From Cyanophora paradoxa CCMP329 (Eukaryota; Plantae; Glaucophyta), in assembly GCA_004431415.1 (NCBI GenBank), contig QPMI01000195.1:1-64000 (forward strand): DNA of 64,000 bases, given 5' to 3'. This document shows, piece after piece, positions 58,303 to 64,000 of the stretch. Every line of letters begins with the position of its first letter. Within the stretch, counting starts at the first letter, position 1. Both the position numbers and the translations under genes were made by a program. The notes beneath the pieces were generated by a model that made no database searches, was not told the origin of the DNA, and worked only from the letters and a program-made list of their open reading frames with translations.

Positions 58303-59382
58303 ATGCTGATCGCAGCCTTCGTCCCCACGGAGCCCAATGCGATCGAAGCGCTCGCGGAAGGCGTGCTGGACTCGCTCCGTACGGGGGACGAGGTGCGGTC
58401 CCGTTTCGCGCGCAAGCGTCCGCGCGGGTCGGCGCACGCTTGACGCGCTGCTCGAGCTCGTGCGATCCGCACTGCACTCGGCTCACGAGCTTGCCCGCCG
58501 CTCCGAGGCTGCTCGCGCTTCGTCCTGTGCGCTGTTCCTCATTCCACGTAGACCTGACGCCCGTGCCCCGCTCAGGTCGTTGCCGTCCACTGTGTTGATT
58601 ACTCGAACCTGGCGCTTCCATCCGGGCCGTTCGACGGCCCGATCGCCCCTGGAGTCCGCCTCGCCGTCTCTCGGCTGCTCCGAGGGCCCTCATGGTCAGG
58701 GCGCGCAGATGTTCTCGCAGATGCTAGAATACGAGCGGGAGGTGGGCCGCGACTCCGTCCGCCGCTTCCAGCACCTGCTCCACCTCCGCGAGGTCAGCCG
58801 CTGGCGCAATGGCCTCCGGCCCGCCTCACGCTCATGGCGCAGATCCACGCAAAAGGCATCATCATCGAGGGGACGCCGAGGAAGGATCTGCTAGAGTACG
58901 CGCTGAAGGCGGGCGTGGATTTGATCGCCGTCACCGCGCGCGACCTCGGCTTCCTCTCCAGGCGAGCCTGCCAGGCTGAGCTCTGCAGCGTTCCGCGGCT
59001 CACACGGGAGCTGCCCGGCTCGCAGGATGTTCCTAGGCTCTACAAGCCGTGCGCCTGCACGCCAAGCCCTCGGCCGCCCGCGTCGGATTTGAATTCGAAT
59101 TTGATCCGCAGAGTACATACTCCACCACTCGCAGTGCCCCGTCCTCGTCGTAAAGGCGAATTAGATCCGCCCGCGCGCGTACGCATCTGCCGACCGCCCG
59201 GCCCTCACACGCCTGCGCCGCAGGAGAAGAAGAAGCAGCAGCAGCGTGCGCCGGCTCCGGCGCACGCGGCCGCGGCGGGCGAGGCCAGGGGTACGGAGAT
59301 GGCGGGGCGGCCGCTTCCCGCAGGCGAGGGCCGCAGCGCCGGCCGCGGCGGCGGCGCCTACGAGAAGCCCAAGGAGGAGTAG
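58303..59382 (+). CDS. Universal stress protein (UspA-domain) family protein
   Basis: IIIEGTPRKDLLEYALKAGVDLIAVTARDLGFLSR|MFLGSTS|QYILHHSQCPVLVVK is the USP C-terminal signature. Confidence 0.85.
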
Positions 59383-60136
59383 CAGTGATCTCCGAGCCTC
59401 TAGCGCCGCAATTCGAGCGCGAGCTCAGCTTTGCTCGTTGTCTCATGTGCATGCCGCTGCAGTTTGCAATTGTACAGAATTCGAATGCAGAGAGCTTCCA
59501 AATTAAATCTGGCGCCCCGGCCCGGGCCCTTTTGATTGTGATCTTAGGCAATTCCAACTCGAATTCGAACTATACAATTGCAAGTCCTCGGGACCTCACG
59601 CTAGCTAAGCTCGAAACAGGGGCAGGCGAATCCGAAGTAAAACTGGCCGACGTCGGGTTATGTACAGAATGCTTAAGCTTCAAGCGAGGGGATGGAAGGG
59701 GGTGTAGATGTGGGGGGACAGGTTTATCCGAGCCGGCCGCGGGAGAACCGCTCCCCCGGGTCCCGCGCTGCCTCACAGGCGGAAGGGGCCGCCCATCGGC
59801 GGGGGCGCCCCGCCGGCGGCGGGGAAGGTCTGCGGGCCGGGGCGGGGGGCGCGGCGGTCAGTAAGCTTCAAAGGCGCCAGACTCCCTCTAAGAGGTCCTA
59901 TAATCCCAGCGGGCTCCAAGCCAATTCTGCGAGAGTCTAAGAATTTAAGCACTGCAAGAGCTAATGCCTGCGAGATCTAGAATCTACGGCTTTGAGGCCT
60001 TCGAGCCGCTGCGTTCCCGCGTGCGCCTAGCAGGCCTTATAGGCCTTACAACAATTGTATAAGCTTAAGGCTAGCAGGATCCGGAGCCAAGCTTAACAGA
60101 ATATATAACCGGCCAGCATGCGCAAGCTGGGAAAGG

Positions 60137-61423
60137 CTAGCTCGCCTGGGTGGGGAGGACGCGGATGTCGTAGTGGGCCGCGACGGGCGGCACGGAGGCG
60201 ACGCGGACGAGGGGCGCCGGCTCCAGCCCCGCCGCCTGCGGACGAAGTTCGAAGGGCGGCGGGCCGGGCGGACCGACGCGGGCGCAGGATTCGAACCTTG
60301 GCCGTCGTGATGACCTCCGTCGTTGCTACGCGAGGCTCCTGCGGGCAGAGGGGTGCGCGGCGGCGGGGGATCGGAGGCGCCCGAGGCGGGAGGGGGCGGG
60401 GGCCGGGCGGGGCGGGGCGGGGCCGGGCGCCTGGCGGCGGAAGCAGGTGCCTGCGGCGATGAGGTGCAGGACCCCGAGGAAGATGACCAGGAACCCGATC
60501 ACTGGGGGTACGGTGAGGCGAAGGGGGGGGGGAGGAGGGGGGGAAATGGATGGGCGAGCTGTTCGAGTCAGGGCGGGGAGCGCGCACGAGCCCCGTACCA
60601 CCTGCTCCCGTGTCAGCGAGGAATCGAATCTGGACAGGGCGGGCGCGCGGCGCGTGGCGGGGCCGGGGCGCACTCCCAGTTCCACGTGATGAGCCCGAGG
60701 AAGATAAAGAAGGCGCCCCGGGCGAGGTGCGAGCGCAGCACCGCCAGCCGCGTCTCCCGCACGAAGCTGCGCGCGAAGCCGGCTGAGAAGAAGTCCGGGA
60801 GGGCGGGCCGAGCTCGGGGCGGGAACGGAAGGGCGCCTGTAGATCTCCACAGCGAGGATGAGGAAGCCGATGATGCTGCGGCGGCGTCAAGCGCGATCCA
60901 AGGCGAACGGGAGCGGGCCGCGCGGCCGCAGCGGGGCGCGGGCGCGCATGATAATCGTCGAGTACGCTGCGGGACGTTAGCGCGCGGGCGAGCCAGCGAT
61001 CGGTGCGGGGTGGCCGAGGCCGGCGCGTTCGCACCTCCGAAGATCCTGCTCGCGAACCGGGGCGTCAGCGGCGGGCTCCCGCGCTCCCAGAGCTGGACTT
61101 AAACAGCGCGGCGCTCGGGCCGGGCAGCGCACCGGTTCATGGGGCTGCACTCGAACCAGCAGACGAAGCCCTCGATGATCTGAATCGAGGAGCTGTTTAG
61201 TGGCGCCGCACGCGTGCGCGCCGCGCCGCGCTGTTCGGCGCCTTGTTCCACGCACCAACCAACAGGCAGCGAAGACGTCTAAGAAGCGCAAGACCACTTG
61301 GCAGGCATTGAGTCTAGAGGCCGTGGATCGCTTCTGAGCTGCGCGGGGCGCGGCGGACGGGACGGCGCCGATAGTAACAGGCGGGCCCGCGGGCGCCGCT
61401 CCAAGCACGGGCGCTCGAATCAT
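60137..61423 (-). CDS. Small multi-pass membrane protein, possibly COPI-associated/TVP15-like
   Basis: Hydrophobic exons VVLRFLDVFAAC, IIGFLILAVEIY, LRSHLARGAFFIFLGLIT (resembles the GRGxFYxFxG motif) and IGFLVIFLGVLHLIAAG. One exon junction is unresolved. Confidence 0.5.
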
Positions 61424-61554
61424 CCTAAAGAACTGATTAGGAGATGTTCAGGACAGGCAATGTGATGATCAGGAGGCGTGCGAGGGCGCTGCGAGGTCGA
61501 GTGGCTGAGGACTAGGGTACGTAGATTCACCAACGAACGTCACAGCCCGACCAA

Positions 61555-63982
61555 ATGGCTCCCAAGGAGGACATGGTGCGTTGTCGGCTTCTCTTCTCCG
61601 ACAATACTGCTCGTTTGCTAGCGCCGGCTGACCCTGCGCCCGCTTTTTGCCCTTTTCCGACTCGGCGTTACCTTCGGCGTCCGGCGGCTGCGGTTGCAGG
61701 GTTCTCTGGGGCTTCTTACGTGCGTGGTCGCTAGGAATGACCTCCAGATGTGCTCTTATGCCCTCGCAGCGTGGTCGCCCTCAAGCAGCGGATCCGCGAC
61801 GAGATGGGCATCCCTCCCCCGTCGAGGGCGACCAAGAACGACCTGGTGGCAATGGTGAGGCTTTCAGCTAGCCTTTCCTGGCCCGTGATCGCGCGAATCC
61901 GGGCCCCGAATTTGAATCTCACCTCGCTCGCGCAGCTCTACGACCACTACAACGGCCCCCAGGCGGGCTCGTCCGACGGCCGCCGTGCGGGTCGCAGCCC
62001 GGCTCGTTCCCGGCAGACCGAGAGCGGCGTGTCTCCGGCCCGTAGCCGGAAGACGGAGGGAACCTCGCCTGCCCGCCGCGGCCGCCCCTCGCAGTCCCCG
62101 GCCCGCTCTGTCTCCCGGGGCCGCTCTGCTCCCAAGCCGTCCGAGCCCGTGAATACGCCGGCCCCGGGCCTGATCTTCGACCAGGTCAGTGGCATCGATA
62201 GCTAAGTGCCCGCCTCCAGCCGCCATTGACATCGCGGCAGGTCCGCTACAACCGCGATTCGGTCGCGCCGGAGGCGCCCGCGCCCGCCCGACGCAGCAGC
62301 ACCGGCCGCAAGTCCGCCGCCGCCGCCGCCGCCGAGGAGGAGTCCGAGGCGGCCGCCTCGGGCGGGTCGGCCTTCGACCCCATTTTCTTCGTGAAGGCGT
62401 TCGTCGCGTGCATCGTCCTCGCCGTGGCCGCTGTCCTGATCTACCACCTCGCGCCCGGCATGCCCAAGCCCTGGTGCAACGCCTCGCTCAAGAGTGCGAC
62501 CGCCCGGGCCGCCGCCCTCGCCCGCCGCTTGCGCTGTCGTGACCTCGCCGCAGGCAAGGACTGCCGCCCGTGCCCCGCGCACGCCAAGTGCACTAACGTC
62601 ACCTTCACCTGCGAGAGGCGCGCCGCGGCGACCCGCCCAGCTCTGCGCTGCTCTGCTCTGCTCCGCGCACCCTGACGCTGCCGGCAGCGGCTACGTCCGC
62701 AAGCGGGACTCGTGCATCGAGGACCAGGAGATCAGCGGCGCCGCTTACCACCTCGTCACCAGCATGCAGTCCATCCTCTCGTGAGCGCGCCGCGCCCACA
62801 GGACATGCGCGCCCGCCGCCCGCCCGCCCGCCGACACCGCCCTACGCCGCGCCGCGCCGCAGGGCGCACGCCGGCAAGTTCAAGTGCAAGCTGGCGAAGA
62901 ACGAGGGTATGACCGCCGCCGAGCTGAACGCCGCCCTTGCCGCCCGCGGCGACGACAAGCACCCCAAGTTCAAGGACGTGCGCGCCCGGCGTCCTCTTCC
63001 GTGCCTCTCGTTTCGCGGCTTCCTGCGTGCCTGATCGTGGGCCTCCTCCCGCTAGATCCTGGAGAAGGCGAAGAAGGTCATCAAGGAGTCTTCGGAGCAC
63101 GACATCGTCATCTCCGGCAAGGCTTCGGTGCGCGCGCCTGCACTGCAGCGACGCTCCGCTCCGACGCCGCCCGCGGTGCCCGGCCCGGCCTCACGCGGCC
63201 GGCCCCGGGGGGAGCAGGACGACACGCTCAAGTTCACGTCGACGCGCCCGCGCAAGCCGGTCGCCTGCGTCATCCGCGAGTTCCTCCACGCGAACCGGTG
63301 CCGCCCGCTCGCCTCTCTTCCGAACTCCTCCGCCCTGGCTCACGCCGGGCGCAGCAACGAGGTCGGGGGGACCATCGGCGCCGCCCTTCTCTTCGCCGCC
63401 GTCCTCGCCGTCGTGCTCTCGCGCTCCGCCCGCTCCGCCGAGGTGCGAGCGAGGGCAGCCTTGCCGGCGGGCGCGCCTCCGGGGTCGCGTCTCACGTTGG
63501 GGGGGCGGGTAGGTCGCCGCCGCGCACAAGAAGGCCCTCGCCGAGCTCTACAAGCTCAGCCAGCGCAAGGAGGTGCGCGCGCGCGCGTGCACTGCTCGCC
63601 GGCCGGCCGGCAACTCACGGCGTCTCACGCCCCCGCAGGCCGACGGCTCCAGCGGCGCCATCGAGGCGGCCCACCTTCGCGACCAGATCTTCGAGTCCGC
63701 TGCGGCCAAGTCCCGCTCGTGGGCCCGCGTGCGCCCCGCCCTCTCTTCTTCTTCTTCTTCGCGCCGCGCCCGTCCGACGCGCCGCCGGCAGGTCGCTGAC
63801 GCCCTCCGCTACGACTCTCGGGTCCGTCCGAGCGCTGCGACTCGTTTCTCGCGCGAGGCCCGTCCCCTGAGTCGAGCGTGCGTGCGCACGTACGTACCCC
63901 GCAGGTGCGCGAGGCGGTCGAGCGCCGCCGCGGCGCCGAGGTCACCATCTTCGAGTGGAACTCCTCCAGTGCGCCACGTTGA
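61555..63982 (+). CDS. MAN1/Src1(Heh1)-like inner nuclear membrane protein
   Basis: N-terminal HeH-like VVALKQRIRDEMGIPPPSRATKNDLVAM, S/R-rich linker, TM1, luminal CRPCPAHAKC..C..GY..CIED, TM2, winged-helix-type HLRDQIF..W..DSR|VRE..FEW. Confidence 0.8.
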
Positions 63983-64000
63983 AGGCTTTTCTTGTGAATG

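Overview
GC-rich, intron-dense eukaryotic nuclear DNA, most consistent with a glaucophyte alga (Cyanophora-like). The clues are Phe-containing MA(A)FV-type plastid transit peptides, a spliced nuclear gene for a peptidoglycan transpeptidase (FtsI/PBP3-type) and a chlamydial-type TGT. The six-frame ORF track is mostly spurious because genes are cut into short exons, so I rebuilt genes by hand from protein motifs and splice sites; boundaries are approximate. Genes in order: GH15 trehalase-like hydrolase (partial), a weak hypothetical gene, ENA-type Na+/K+ P-ATPase, divergent histone H3, PiT phosphate transporter, RUVBL1, SEC61A, a large plastid-targeted Trp-repeat protein, FtsI, a TPR protein, tgt, a hypothetical protein, twinfilin, a USP protein, a TVP15-like membrane protein and a MAN1/Src1-like protein. 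Repeats: a ~1.4 kb x2 higher-order tandem repeat with 149-bp subunits, a non-autonomous CACTA transposon, two poly(A)/TSD retro-insertions and a 126-bp inverted repeat pair. The best candidate for a new system is the roughly 1,300-aa sticker-and-spacer protein (33923-40600) with about 29 Trp motifs, a transit peptide and a C-terminal membrane anchor, which sits head-to-head with ftsI. It may be a multivalent scaffold for the muroplast Rubisco central body or for the division apparatus. Also notable: many GC-AG introns and two gene-specific sequence 'dialects' (GTACCCC-rich versus chained short palindromes).
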